This document shows positions 19,866 to 29,687 of a stretch of DNA of 60,605 nucleotides, piece after piece. The DNA is from Kofleriaceae bacterium (GTDB lineage Bacteria; Myxococcota_A; Polyangia; Haliangiales; Haliangiaceae). Every line of letters begins with the position of its first letter. The stretch's first letter is position 1. The notes beneath the pieces are model-generated. The model worked only from the letters and a program-made list of their open reading frames with translations, had not been told where the DNA came from and did not search any database. The DNA is taken from positions 1 through 60,605 of the forward strand of contig JBKJLC010000159.1 of the NCBI GenBank assembly GCA_046597055.1, read 5' to 3'. A program made the position numbers and the translations under genes.

Positions 19866-20099
19866 TCAGCGCGGGATGGTGGCGCTGAACGGCACGCCGG
19901 CGGCCGGGCCGCGATACGCGACCTCGATCTTCTGCGCGCGCGCGTGGACCCGCGCCCGCGCCGCCGCGAACCGGGGCTCAAGGGCGAACCGGGACAGCAG
20001 CGGACAGCGATCGATCCACACCCGATCGATCAGGCCGCCGGCGGCGATCCCCTCGAGCGCCTCGAGCGCGAGGTCATCACAACACCCACGTCTTCGCGC
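19866..20099 (-). pseudogene. Start-less 3' remnant resembling the C-terminus of myxobacterial kinase/TPR proteins
   Basis: Frame bounded by stops reads ...DDLALEALEGIAAGGLIDRVWIDRCPLLSRFALEPRFAAARARVHARAQKIEVAYR...-stop; GC3-biased; lies next to the tRNA 3' end. Confidence 0.55.
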
Positions 20100-20186
20100 T
20101 CACCTCGGGGACCCCGCAGTCGAGCGCTCGATGTTCCGCTACTGACCGGGCCGGGCTGCCTCGACCGCCTCCCGCGCGCGGGGCGG

Positions 20187-20223
20187 AAAGAGAAAACCCC
20201 GTAAGTCTTTGGACTTACGGGGT
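20187..20223 (-). terminator. Intrinsic terminator of tRNA-Ala
   Basis: Perfect 12-bp stem ACCCCGTAAGTC/GACTTACGGGGT with a 4-nt loop, followed by TTTCTCTTT on the minus strand. Confidence 0.85.
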
Positions 20224-20230
20224 CGTCGGG

Positions 20231-20303
<73 letters not shown>

Positions 20304-20321
20304 GACTTGCGAGCGGAGAGG

Positions 20322-20350
20322 TGATTACCTCTGGCGCGCGTGGCTGTCAA
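20322..20350 (-). promoter_or_regulatory. sigma-70-type promoter of tRNA-Ala
   Basis: Perfect TTGACA (20350-20345), 17-nt spacer, TAATCA (20327-20322). Confidence 0.6.
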
Positions 20351-20466
20351 GCCGGGATGACCATCCTGCGCGACCCGCGGCGCTCGCGGTCCGGAGTGAA
20401 CGACGCGCCTGCAGCCGTGCGCCCCAGGCGTTGCGGCCAAACCCGCGTTCGGTGGTACATGAAGCT

Positions 20467-21780
20467 GTGAGGTTAGGCGACATCCTCATCGCCGCCGGCC
20501 GCGTGAAGGTCGCCGATGTCGAGCGCGCGCTCATGCGGCAACGCACGACCGGCGACCGGCTCGGTGCCAGCCTGGTCGAGAACGGCGTGGTCGATCTCGA
20601 CGAGATCGCGCGGGCCCTGGCGCGTCAACACAACGTCCCGGCCGCGCTCGGCCGCCACCTCGCCGGCCGCGATCCGGCCCTGGCCGCCCGCCTGCCGGGG
20701 CCGACCGCGCGCGAGGCGTGGGCCCTGCCGGTCGCGCTGTCGCGAGGCGCCGAAGGCGTCGCGCTGGTGGTCTGCTTCCGCGATCCCTCCCCCGAGATCA
20801 TCGCGCGCATCACCGCGGTCGCCGGCTGCCAGATCATTCCGGCGGTGGCGTGCGAGCTGGTGCTCCGCCGCGAGATCGAGCGCGCCTACCCGATGCCGGT
20901 CGTCGCCGCCGAGGCCGACGACGAGGCGATCGACGTGTTCTTCGACGAGCCATCGCAGCCGCTCTTCGCGGTCGACGAGCTGACGCTGGTCGGGCTCGAT
21001 GACCGCCGGGTCACCCGCGACGAGAGCCAGAGCTTGATGATGCCGCATCTCCGGCAGAGCGGGCAGGTCCCGGTGATGACCTCGATGGCGCAGACCACCG
21101 GCCCGGTCCCCACGATGGCGCACGCGGCGCGCCCGGCGTTCACGGCACCCGCGGCGGCGGCTCCGGTCGCGCCGCCGCCGGCCGCGGAGCCAGCGGCGCC
21201 ACCCCCGATCGCAGCGGTCGCGCCGGTGCCGGTGGCGGCGCCCGCGGTCGCCGGCAGCGCCGGGCTCCCGACCAACCCGGCGCGGCCCCCGCCCCTGCTG
21301 CTCGACGAGGCGCTCGCGCGCATCGCGACCGCCCCGACCCGCGACGCGGTGTGCGAGCTCGCGCTCGACTACCTGCGCGGCGTGTGGCACGCGGCGGTCG
21401 TGCTGATCGTCAAGGAGGGCATGGCGCTCGGCCACCGTGGCTTCGGCGGCAGCGTCACCGCCACGTCGATCGAGTCGATCGTCGTGCCGCTCAACCAGCC
21501 CAGCTTCCTGCGCACCGCGCACGACGACCGGCGCGCGTTCGTCGGCGAGGCGCCGATCGGCAGCATCGCGCAGGACCGCTTCATGCGGCTGTTCGCGGTG
21601 GTCGGCAGCAAGATCTTGGTCGCCGCGCCCGTGATCGTCCGCGACCGGCCGGTGTGCGTGCTGTTCGGGCTCGGGCCGATCAAGGGCCTCGCCGAGGCGG
21701 CGCCGGGCGCGATCGTGCTCGCGCGCGCGATGGGCGAGGCCTACCTCCGCCAGATCCTCGACGGCAAGAAGCAGGCGTGA
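20467..21780 (+). CDS. MshEN/T2SSE_N domain protein with a GAF-like C-terminus and no ATPase
   Basis: Tandem RLGDILIAAG...ALMRQ and RLGASLVENG...ALARQ motifs, Pro/Ala linker, GAF-like tail (PVIVRDRPVCVLFG). Confidence 0.82.
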   Translation: MRLGDILIAAGRVKVADVERALMRQRTTGDRLGASLVENGVVDLDEIARALARQHNVPAALGRHLAGRDPALAARLPGPTAREAWALPVALSRGAEGVALVVCFRDPSPEIIARITAVAGCQIIPAVACELVLRREIERAYPMPVVAAEADDEAIDVFFDEPSQPLFAVDELTLVGLDDRRVTRDESQSLMMPHLRQSGQVPVMTSMAQTTGPVPTMAHAARPAFTAPAAAAPVAPPPAAEPAAPPPIAAVAPVPVAAPAVAGSAGLPTNPARPPPLLLDEALARIATAPTRDAVCELALDYLRGVWHAAVVLIVKEGMALGHRGFGGSVTATSIESIVVPLNQPSFLRTAHDDRRAFVGEAPIGSIAQDRFMRLFAVVGSKILVAAPVIVRDRPVCVLFGLGPIKGLAEAAPGAIVLARAMGEAYLRQILDGKKQA

Positions 21781-22109
21781 GCCGGTCGCGGGCGGCCGGG
21801 CTGGGCCGACGAGCGAGATGAGCGCGCGGACCGGTCGGGCTCCGGCCGGTGCGAGGGTGGGCGCCGTGAAAACCGCGTTCAGGCCGAACGAGCCGGCCGT
21901 TCCGACGGGGCCGCGCGCCGCCGGTCCCGTGAACTCTGGTTCCGGACCGATCGAACGGGTCCCCCGGGCCGCGTCCGACCGATCGAAGCAGGCTGGCTCC
22001 GAGGTATCAGCGGCCCGCTGCGGGTAGCGGTCGCCGCTCTCCCCACCTCACCCGACCTGGCGCGGTCCCTCCTTGCCTTTCCCCGGCCGAGGGTGCACAA
22101 ACGCCGCCC

Positions 22110-22751
22110 GTGCTCGAATCCGTCGCTCACTGGATGCAGGACGTGATCCTCCAACTGGGGTACGGAGGGCTGTTCCTGCTCATCGTGCTCGAGAGCACGA
22201 TGATCCCGGTACCCTCGCTGCTGGTCATGCCGTTCGCCGGCGCGCTGGCCGCCCGGGGCGACTTCTCGCTCCCCGTGATCCTCGCCATCAACGGCGCCGC
22301 CGCGCTCACGGGCTCGACCCTCTCTTACTGGCTGGGCGCCGCCGGCGGCAAGCCGCTGCTCCTCAAGTACGGCAAGTACGTCCTGTTCAAGCCCGAAGAT
22401 CTGGCGAAGACCGAGCGGTTCTTCGAACGCCACGGCGCGTGGACGGTGTTCATCGCGCGCTTCGTCCCGGTGGCACGCCACCTCATCTCCATCCCGGCCG
22501 GCATCGCGCGCATGCGGATGCCGCTCTTCTTGCTCCAGACCTTTCTGGGCGCCATGCTCTGGGGCGGCGGGCTCATGGTGATGGGCTACGTGATCAGCGA
22601 TCGCTGGGAAGCGGTCGCGAAGTCGGCGAAGAAGATCGATCTCGTGATCGCCATCATCATCGTGCTCGCCACGGCCGCGATCGCGTTCCGCTGGTGGCGC
22701 AAGCGGCGCCAGCAGCTCGAGCTCGCCGCGGCCGGCCCGGATCGCGCGTGA
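22110..22751 (+). CDS. dedA: DedA family membrane protein
   Basis: LESTMIPVPS, FFERHG, ARFVPVARHLISIPAG. Confidence 0.92.
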   Translation: MLESVAHWMQDVILQLGYGGLFLLIVLESTMIPVPSLLVMPFAGALAARGDFSLPVILAINGAAALTGSTLSYWLGAAGGKPLLLKYGKYVLFKPEDLAKTERFFERHGAWTVFIARFVPVARHLISIPAGIARMRMPLFLLQTFLGAMLWGGGLMVMGYVISDRWEAVAKSAKKIDLVIAIIIVLATAAIAFRWWRKRRQQLELAAAGPDRA

Positions 22752-22816
22752 GTCGGTCCGAGCCCGTACCCGCCAGCGCCCTTTCCCTCAATCACAACGG
22801 TGGTAGCTTCTTGACG

Positions 22817-23833
22817 ATGTCGTCGCTGTCGGCGGAAGCAGTCGCGGTTCACGTGCTCGACCGGCACGAGACCGAGGTTGTCGATCGCGCCCTTCGTGTG
22901 GTGGTCGCGCGCGCGCCGGCCGACGCCCAGATCCTGCGCGACCTGATCGGCCAGCTGCGGGCGACCAACCAGCTGCTCGACACCACCCGCGCGCTGCGGG
23001 CGCCGACCGCGCTGGGCGGTGAAGGCCGCAACGAGACGACGCTGATCGATCACCTGATCACTCTCGACGGGTTGTCGGGCGATCTGATGTTGCCGCTCAA
23101 GGCGACCCTGTCGCGCACGTTCCTCCTCACCAAGATCATGTTCCTGCGTGGGTTCATCAAGGCGACCAACGCCGTGTCCGACGGCGCGACCGAGACGAGC
23201 CACCTGATCCACGACCTCAACGAGGAGCTCGCGCAGTCGATCTACACGCTGCTGGCCGAGGAGCTGTTCCTCGCGCTCCTGCGCAAGCCCGACGTCACCG
23301 GCCGCATCAAGCGGCGGGCGGCCGACCAGCTGATCACGATCTGGGACGACGTGACGCTCGAGATCGACGACTTCGCGCCGGTGCTCGAGTCGGCGTGGCA
23401 CGCGCGCAACCGCATCACCAGCGACTTCGGCTGCCTGATCGGCGCGACCGAGACGTTCCGGCTGGTGTGCGAGGACTGCAACCCGCAGGTCCTCGAGTTC
23501 TTCGCGCGCGACGACATGGGCGACGACGAGATCGGCGCGTTCGAGGAGTTCTTGTTCAACATGACGTGGGAGGAGCTGGTCACGCTGCGCAAGGCGATGC
23601 GCGAGCAGGGCCTCACCTCGGTCAGCCCGGCGTGGGCGAGCGAGGTGCTGCGGCGCCCGATCGACGCGCTCGAGCACTCGCGCGAGATCGACCCGATGGC
23701 GCTGTACCGCTCGTACAACCGCCGCCAGCTCGCCGCCGACTTCCGCACCGTCTCCGGCGCGCCCGGCCCCCGCCGCACCGCCGAGGGCTACTTCATGGTC
23801 CACCTGCTCGACCAGGCCGACCCCGAGATCTGA
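22817..23833 (+). CDS. Hypothetical helical protein
   Basis: Strong codon bias; alternative GTG start at 22748 overlaps the dedA stop; motifs FEEFLFNM and GAPGPRRTAEGY. Confidence 0.8.
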   Translation: MSSLSAEAVAVHVLDRHETEVVDRALRVVVARAPADAQILRDLIGQLRATNQLLDTTRALRAPTALGGEGRNETTLIDHLITLDGLSGDLMLPLKATLSRTFLLTKIMFLRGFIKATNAVSDGATETSHLIHDLNEELAQSIYTLLAEELFLALLRKPDVTGRIKRRAADQLITIWDDVTLEIDDFAPVLESAWHARNRITSDFGCLIGATETFRLVCEDCNPQVLEFFARDDMGDDEIGAFEEFLFNMTWEELVTLRKAMREQGLTSVSPAWASEVLRRPIDALEHSREIDPMALYRSYNRRQLAADFRTVSGAPGPRRTAEGYFMVHLLDQADPEI

Positions 23834-23842
23834 CCGCTGGGC

Positions 23843-24006
23843 GGCCCTTCGACTTCGGGCTCGCAGCGAGCCCTTCGCTCAGGGACACCGGAAAAGGTGC
23901 GCTCGTGGCGAGCCCTTCGCTCAGGGACACCGGGAAAATGGGGCGTGAACCCCGAGGACGTCACCGTTCGTCCTGAGCGCAGCGCGAAGCGCGGAGTCGA
24001 AGGACG
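23843..24006. repeat. REP/BIME-like palindromic cluster
   Basis: Full unit at 23843-23893, partial direct copy at 23901-23933, related inverted unit at 23964-24006; lies between convergent genes. Confidence 0.85.
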
Positions 24007-24016
24007 CCCGTCGCGG

Positions 24017-24490
24017 CTACGCGCGAGCCGGAACGCCGGCGGCCGCCATGTGCTTCTCGACCAGGCGCGCGAGCTCGGGGATGCCCTCGATCACGTTCTT
24101 CTTCGCCGACGGCCGCATGCGCTCGTAGGCCTTCTTGGCCGTGGTGTGCTTGGTCGTCGACGCGCGCTCGTCGGTGACCTTCAGCAGGTCCTCGGCGACG
24201 TCGTCGGAGCGCGCGATCAGGAACTCGGCGAAGGTGCCCTTGCCGCTGGCGAACCACTTGTCGTAGTGCGGCTGCAGCTTGCCGAGCCAGTCATCGAGCA
24301 GGGCCTCGACCGTCGCGGTCACGAAGCCCTTCTTGATGGCCTTGATCGTGGCGTAGCCGGCCTTGATCGCCATCCCTGACAGCCCACCCTTGGCCTTGAC
24401 CTGGGTGTCGATCAGCTCGACGCAATCCACGACGACCTTGGGCCGGTGTGGCTCCACCGCGATGCGCTCGACCAGGTTCTGCGACGTCAT
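24017..24490 (-). CDS. Conserved hypothetical protein (DUF6918-like)
   Basis: DCVELIDTQVKAKGGLSGMAIKAGY...VAEDLLKVTDERA...AYERMRPSAKKNV; GGAG RBS upstream of ATG 24490. Confidence 0.8.
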   Translation of the reverse strand: MTSQNLVERIAVEPHRPKVVVDCVELIDTQVKAKGGLSGMAIKAGYATIKAIKKGFVTATVEALLDDWLGKLQPHYDKWFASGKGTFAEFLIARSDDVAEDLLKVTDERASTTKHTTAKKAYERMRPSAKKNVIEGIPELARLVEKHMAAAGVPARA

Positions 24491-24542
24491 GAGCAACTCC
24501 ATCCGTGATGGCCGCGGAATGTAGCGACGAGCCCCGGGCTTG

Positions 24543-25121
24543 TCACGGCACCGTGATGCCATACTGCGAGCAGCGCGTGGCCATCTGATCGCGGTCGAAC
24601 TGCGGCAGTTCGGCGAGGTACTTCTTGGCCAGGTCGGCGTCGCCCAGGATGCACGACGACGACACCACGACGCGCAGCATGCGGACGTTGCCGGGCGCGC
24701 TCGACTGGAGCAGCTTCAACGCCAGGCTGCGCGCAGCGTCGAAGTCCTTGCGGTCGTAGGCCTTGTTCGCCTCGAGCAGGGCGCTGTCGAGGTCGGGGTT
24801 CACCACGCCGTCGGGCGGCGGATCCTCGGGCTGGACAACGCGGGGGGACGGCGGTCGCGGCTCGCCCCCGAGCCCGGTGGCCGGTCGACCGTCGGCGTCC
24901 TTGCTGAAGACCCGGTCGCTCCCCGCCGCGGGCTCGGCCGCGGCCACCGAGGGACGCGGTGGCGCAGCGCCGCGCGTCGGGGCCTGGCGCTGGCGCGCCG
25001 CCTCGATCACCTCCGCCGACGGTGGCTCGACCGCACCACCGCGGACCTCGAGGAACAGATAGATGCCGCCCACGGCGACCAGGGCCGCGGCGATCGTCAG
25101 CGCCAGATGACGCGCGTGCAT
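24543..25121 (-). CDS. Membrane-anchored protein with a TPR-like C-terminal domain
   Basis: N-terminal TM helix, Pro-rich linker, helical tail with two Cys. Confidence 0.75.
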   Translation of the reverse strand: MHARHLALTIAAALVAVGGIYLFLEVRGGAVEPPSAEVIEAARQRQAPTRGAAPPRPSVAAAEPAAGSDRVFSKDADGRPATGLGGEPRPPSPRVVQPEDPPPDGVVNPDLDSALLEANKAYDRKDFDAARSLALKLLQSSAPGNVRMLRVVVSSSCILGDADLAKKYLAELPQFDRDQMATRCSQYGITVP

Positions 25122-25282
25122 CGCCGGGGTTCTAGCACAGCCTCCCGATCGGTTCCGGGGTGCGGTCGATCACAGCAGTGGGCACCGCGATTGCGCTCCG
25201 CATGGAACTGGCCATCGGGACGGTACACCTGGGCAATTCTCCGTTGACACCTTGTCGCGCGGCGGTGAAAAGTCCGCCACCA

Positions 25283-28015
25283 ATGAATCGACTCCACATC
25301 CTCGCTCCACTCCTCGGAGTGACCCTCGCCGCGCTGACCCTGGTCGGCTGCGGTGAAGACGGCGCCACGTGCGGCACCGGCACTACCGAGCAGAACGGTA
25401 CCTGCGTCCCCACCAACACCAACACGACCACCTGTGGCGCCGGCACGACGCTGATGGGCACCGCCTGCGTGCCCGACGGGTCGATGATCTGCGATCAGGG
25501 GACCACGTTCAACCCGACCACCAACGAGTGCGACGTCGACATGACCGCGTGCGCGGCCGGCACCGTGCTGGTCAGCGGCGTGTGCGTCCCCGAGGACGAG
25601 ACCCTGACCGCCGACCTCGAGGAGGCCGCCGAGCCCAACGACGCCGGCCCCGCCGGTTCGTTCGCGGTGCCCGCGATCGGCGCCGACACCACGATCCACG
25701 GCTGCGTGACGCCGCGCGCCGGCGCCGCCGACACCGACCTCTGGGTCATGACCACCACCGGGCCCGCGCTGCTCGAGATCACCGCCGACGGCGTCGGTGG
25801 CCTCGCCGCCGGCTTCGTCGTGCAGGATAACGCGATCGCGTCGCTGCCGAACTACAGCCGCGTCGGCATCAACCTGGTTGGCGACACCTCGAAGCGCCAG
25901 GTCTACCTGCCGGTCGCCGGCGACTACCTGCTGATCATGGACGACTCGCGCGCGCTGCTCACCGGCGAGGGCGCGGGCAACGCCGACACCTGCTACTACA
26001 CGACCGTCAAGCAGGTCGCGATGCCGGCCGCCACCGCCGCGACCGTGCCGCTGACCACCGGCGCCGACAGCGGCAACGTCCGGGTGCTCAGCTACTCGGC
26101 CGACCAGGTCGGCGACATCCTCCACGTCGCGCAGTACACGGAAAGCGAGGGCATGGCGCTCTCGTTCGTCACGCTCAGGAACGGCACGTTCTTCAGCTCG
26201 GCGGCCCCGTCCACCGACGCTGGGGGCAACGATGTCCCGCCGCTGGCCACCCTCGGCGGCCTCGCGACGACCGACGTCATCACCGTGGTCGTCGACATGC
26301 GCTACAACTTCGCGCTCACGCCGCAGGCCTACGAGCTCGACCTCGTCGACCTGCCGGCCCAGCCGCTCAACGTCGACGGCACCGTGACCAACATCGTCGG
26401 CCGCCGCGCCGGCGCTGACAGCGCGGCCGACTTCACGAAGCACAACTACCTGTACTTCGACGTCGCCACCGCGGGCGCGGTCGTTCACTTCGACGTGACC
26501 ACCAGCATCCGGCTCGACATGCAGATCGTCCGCCGCGACATCCTCACCGGCCTCACCTACCAGGTCGTCGCCGACATCGACGCGTTCGGCGGCACCGGCG
26601 CCACGGCGCCGGCGTTCCAGAACGAGCTCATCCGGTTCGCGCAGCCGGGCCGCTACTACCTGATCGTCTCCAACCCACTGCCGGCGGCGACCCTCGGCCA
26701 GATGTACACCGCGACCGCGCGGCTGACGCCGATCACCCCGACGCCGGTCACCTACGGCGTGCCGCTCGCCGGCCAGACCCTGCCGGCCACCGGCTCGGCC
26801 TTCCACAGCCTCGACCTCACCAACATCACCTGGATCCAGGCCGGCATCACCGCCGCCAACTGGGGCAGCAGCGCCAAGATCAGCCTGTACGACCTCGCTG
26901 GCGAGGGCTGGCTGGGCAACACGTACAACCCGCTCCAGACCGGCGACACCGTGCCGGTCGACGGCACCGACCCGCTCCAGCGCATCACCCTCGGCGACAC
27001 CCGCGACTACCTGATCCAGGTCGAGTCGGTCGACGCGGTCGGCACCGGCCCCACCTACACGCTCGACGTCAAGGAGCGGCCGCACGCGATCATCGGCAGC
27101 GTCATCGCCGGCACCCCGCTGGTGCGCACCGGGATGGATACCCTCGCGGCCACCGGTTCGAAGGGCTTCATCATCGCCGGCACTTCCGGCAACACGCTGT
27201 CGGCGGTGGTGACCCCGTCGGTCGCGACGGTCGACATCAGCCTCGAGCGCCGCAACGTCGACAACGAGATCCCGTCCGGTGGGACCGTCAACGCCGGCGC
27301 GGCCGGCGCGGCCGAGACCCTGGCCGGCGGCTTCGTCACGACCCCGAACTACGTCGCGTTCACGGTGACCAACCGTGACGCCGCGACCGCGACCGGCGTG
27401 AGCTTCAACATCACCTCCGTGGCGCCGCGCCCGTACACCCTTACCAGCGGCACGCTGGCCTATGCCGACGCGTGCGCGGGCGGGACCACGGTCATGACCG
27501 CCCGGGACGACACCCTGAGCGCGGCGCTGACCCTGCCCGCCGCGTTCGCCACGTTCCCGCTGATGGGCTTGCCGACCGCCGGCGCGGTGAAGGTCTCGAG
27601 CAACGGCTTCCTGAGCTTCGACGCCAGCATGACGGGCTCGGCCGCCGACAACCTCGCGATCCCCAACGTCGCGACGCCCAACTCCCTGCTCGCCCCGTAC
27701 TGGGACGACCTGACCAACGTCACGATCTGCCGCAAGGACGACGCGGTCGCCGGCACCGTGACCTTCCAGTGGGTCGGTCACATCTACAACCGCGCCGCGG
27801 AGACCGCCCAGTTCCAGGTGGTCCTCCGCACCACCGGCGTGGTCGACTTCATCTACGGGCCCACCCACCGACTCAACGGCAGCCAGATCCCGCAGTTCGG
27901 CGACAACGGTGCGACCGTCGGCGTCGAGTCCTCCACCGGCAGCGTCGGTCAGCAGATCCTCTTCAACACGACGGGCATCCTGCCGAGCACGTCGCGCACG
28001 CTGACCCCGTCCTGA
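25283..28015 (+). CDS. Large Thr-rich multidomain surface lipoprotein (Cys repeats, PPC-like and nidogen-like beta domains)
   Basis: Lipobox LVGC; CGxGT...C repeats; EPND; C-terminal VSSNGFLSF, LAPYWDDL, FQVVL and ATVGVE motifs. Confidence 0.85.
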   Translation: MNRLHILAPLLGVTLAALTLVGCGEDGATCGTGTTEQNGTCVPTNTNTTTCGAGTTLMGTACVPDGSMICDQGTTFNPTTNECDVDMTACAAGTVLVSGVCVPEDETLTADLEEAAEPNDAGPAGSFAVPAIGADTTIHGCVTPRAGAADTDLWVMTTTGPALLEITADGVGGLAAGFVVQDNAIASLPNYSRVGINLVGDTSKRQVYLPVAGDYLLIMDDSRALLTGEGAGNADTCYYTTVKQVAMPAATAATVPLTTGADSGNVRVLSYSADQVGDILHVAQYTESEGMALSFVTLRNGTFFSSAAPSTDAGGNDVPPLATLGGLATTDVITVVVDMRYNFALTPQAYELDLVDLPAQPLNVDGTVTNIVGRRAGADSAADFTKHNYLYFDVATAGAVVHFDVTTSIRLDMQIVRRDILTGLTYQVVADIDAFGGTGATAPAFQNELIRFAQPGRYYLIVSNPLPAATLGQMYTATARLTPITPTPVTYGVPLAGQTLPATGSAFHSLDLTNITWIQAGITAANWGSSAKISLYDLAGEGWLGNTYNPLQTGDTVPVDGTDPLQRITLGDTRDYLIQVESVDAVGTGPTYTLDVKERPHAIIGSVIAGTPLVRTGMDTLAATGSKGFIIAGTSGNTLSAVVTPSVATVDISLERRNVDNEIPSGGTVNAGAAGAAETLAGGFVTTPNYVAFTVTNRDAATATGVSFNITSVAPRPYTLTSGTLAYADACAGGTTVMTARDDTLSAALTLPAAFATFPLMGLPTAGAVKVSSNGFLSFDASMTGSAADNLAIPNVATPNSLLAPYWDDLTNVTICRKDDAVAGTVTFQWVGHIYNRAAETAQFQVVLRTTGVVDFIYGPTHRLNGSQIPQFGDNGATVGVESSTGSVGQQILFNTTGILPSTSRTLTPS

Positions 28016-28051
28016 TCGCGCGCGAGCCTCGCTCGCACGCCTGACGTGACG

Positions 28052-28086
28052 CGGCCCGGGCCCACCAGCCCGGGCCGTCGTGTTTT
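28052..28086 (+). terminator. Intrinsic terminator
   Basis: 10-bp stem CGGCCCGGGC/GCCCGGGCCG with a 6-nt loop, then TCGTGTTTT. Confidence 0.65.
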
Positions 28087-28115
28087 CGGCGGCTGCGCCG
28101 TAACGCTGCGCTCGC

Positions 28116-29171
28116 TCACCGCGGCGTGGCGGCGCCGAGCGGGCGCACCCACACCGAGGCGCCGGTCAGGTCGAAGCCCTCGAGCCGATCGGGGAACACG
28201 ACGACGATCGCGAACGCGGTCACCGCGAAGCCGCGCGGCGCCGCTGGCACCAGCATGGTCGCGAGCCGGGCGCCGTCGTCGACGCCGACGATGGTCCAGC
28301 GCAGGCCGGTGCCCGGGCGACTCGGCTCGGCGGCGGCCAGCGAGGCATGGCCGCGATCGGCCGACCACACCACGATCGGATCGACCCCGACCGCGTCGGC
28401 GGCGAGCGGCACGTCGGGCAAGGTCTCGCGGCCGCGCCGGCGCCGGATGGCCGCGACCACGCCGCGACCGGACGGGCCCGGCGCGAGCACGACCTCGGCG
28501 ATCACCGCGTCATGTTGCACCGGGCCCAGCGCCGGTGGCTCGAACGCCGGCGCGTCGGCGGCGAGCGGCCCGACCTCGAGCACGCCGCAGGTGCCGGGAT
28601 CGATCACGCCCCAGCCGGCGGCCTCGGGCAGCGCGCCGACGCCCGCGTCGGGCGGTGGCGCCACCCCGGCGATCGGCACCTTCGACCGCGCCCGCCACTC
28701 GACCACCGGCAGGCCTTCGATCGACGAGCGCGCGCGCACGACGAAGTCCATGTCGTCGGCGGGCGTCAGGTGCGCCTTCACCCACGTCGCCGTGCGCACC
28801 GGCTCGCAGCCGCGCGCGACCCCGCCTGACTTCGCGTCGAGGAGCGCCAGATCGAGACGCTCGGGCTGCCCCTCGGAGTCGCGCACCGCGAGCAGCCCGA
28901 GCGGCGTCAGCAGCAGCGGATGCGCGGCCTCGCCGCTGATCCAGCGCTCGGCACCGGTGACGATGTCGAGCGCCACGACCCGGCCATCGCCGCTCGCGGC
29001 GTAGAGCGTGCGGCCGTCGCGACCGATGACGTAGCCGGGCGCGAGCTCGTACGACCCCCCCGGAGCCACCGGCGGCGCGAGCCCAGGCTTGCGGAGCGGG
29101 CGCACCTCGCCACACGCAGCCGCCGCCAGCGCGGCGCCCACCAGGGCCCGGCGCCCCTGGCGACGGATCAA
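28116..29171 (-). CDS. Lipoprotein with PQQ-like beta-propeller repeats
   Basis: TTG overlaps the FKBP stop; lipobox AAAC; LYAASGDGRVVALDIVTGAERW. Confidence 0.65.
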   Translation of the reverse strand: MIRRQGRRALVGAALAAAACGEVRPLRKPGLAPPVAPGGSYELAPGYVIGRDGRTLYAASGDGRVVALDIVTGAERWISGEAAHPLLLTPLGLLAVRDSEGQPERLDLALLDAKSGGVARGCEPVRTATWVKAHLTPADDMDFVVRARSSIEGLPVVEWRARSKVPIAGVAPPPDAGVGALPEAAGWGVIDPGTCGVLEVGPLAADAPAFEPPALGPVQHDAVIAEVVLAPGPSGRGVVAAIRRRRGRETLPDVPLAADAVGVDPIVVWSADRGHASLAAAEPSRPGTGLRWTIVGVDDGARLATMLVPAAPRGFAVTAFAIVVVFPDRLEGFDLTGASVWVRPLGAATPR

Positions 29172-29524
29172 CGCACCTCGAGCAGCTCGACCTCGAAGAC
29201 CAGGGTCGCGTTGGGCGGGATCGCGCCGCCCGCGCCGCGCGCGCCGTAGCCGAGCTCTGGCGGAATCAGCAGCGTGCGGGCCCCGCCGACCTTCATCGAC
29301 GCGACGCCCTCGTCCCAACCCTTGATGACGCGGCCGGTGCCGATCGGGAACGTGAACGGACTGCCACGGTCGACCGAGCTGTCGAACTTCGCGCCCTTGG
29401 CGCCGTTGACCCAGAGCCAGCCGGTGTAGTGCATGACGCAGGTCTGCCCCTGGGTCGGCTGGGCGCCGGTGCCGGCGCGGGTATCCTCGTACGACAGGCC
29501 GCTCGCGGTGGTGGTCATTGCCAT
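29168..29524 (-). CDS. FKBP-type peptidyl-prolyl isomerase
   Basis: HYTG, FDSS, VIKGWDEG, IPPELGYG, IPPNATLVFEVEL. Confidence 0.96.
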   Translation of the reverse strand: MAMTTTASGLSYEDTRAGTGAQPTQGQTCVMHYTGWLWVNGAKGAKFDSSVDRGSPFTFPIGTGRVIKGWDEGVASMKVGGARTLLIPPELGYGARGAGGAIPPNATLVFEVELLEVR

Positions 29525-29687
29525 GCGCCCATCCTACCCAGCAGACCGCGGGTGGGCGAGACCCCGGGCGCCGCACGGTCGCCTGAATCTGACCTGGCCT
29601 GCGAGGACTGCGGGGGTTGTGCAGCGCCCGATTTGAGCGGATCGTGGCGAGGTCCGCGGCTTGCCGCTGGCGGTGCCGAGCTCGTTC

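Noticed and set aside
21945..21987. Direct repeat GACCGATCGAA (2 copies) and the 69-aa ORF at 21818-22027
   Set aside because: The repeat is short and could be chance; the ORF shows no convincing codon bias or motif.
23843..24006. Repeat cluster as a mini-CRISPR or IS end
   Set aside because: Irregular spacing, mixed orientation and a dispersed copy fit a REP-like element better.
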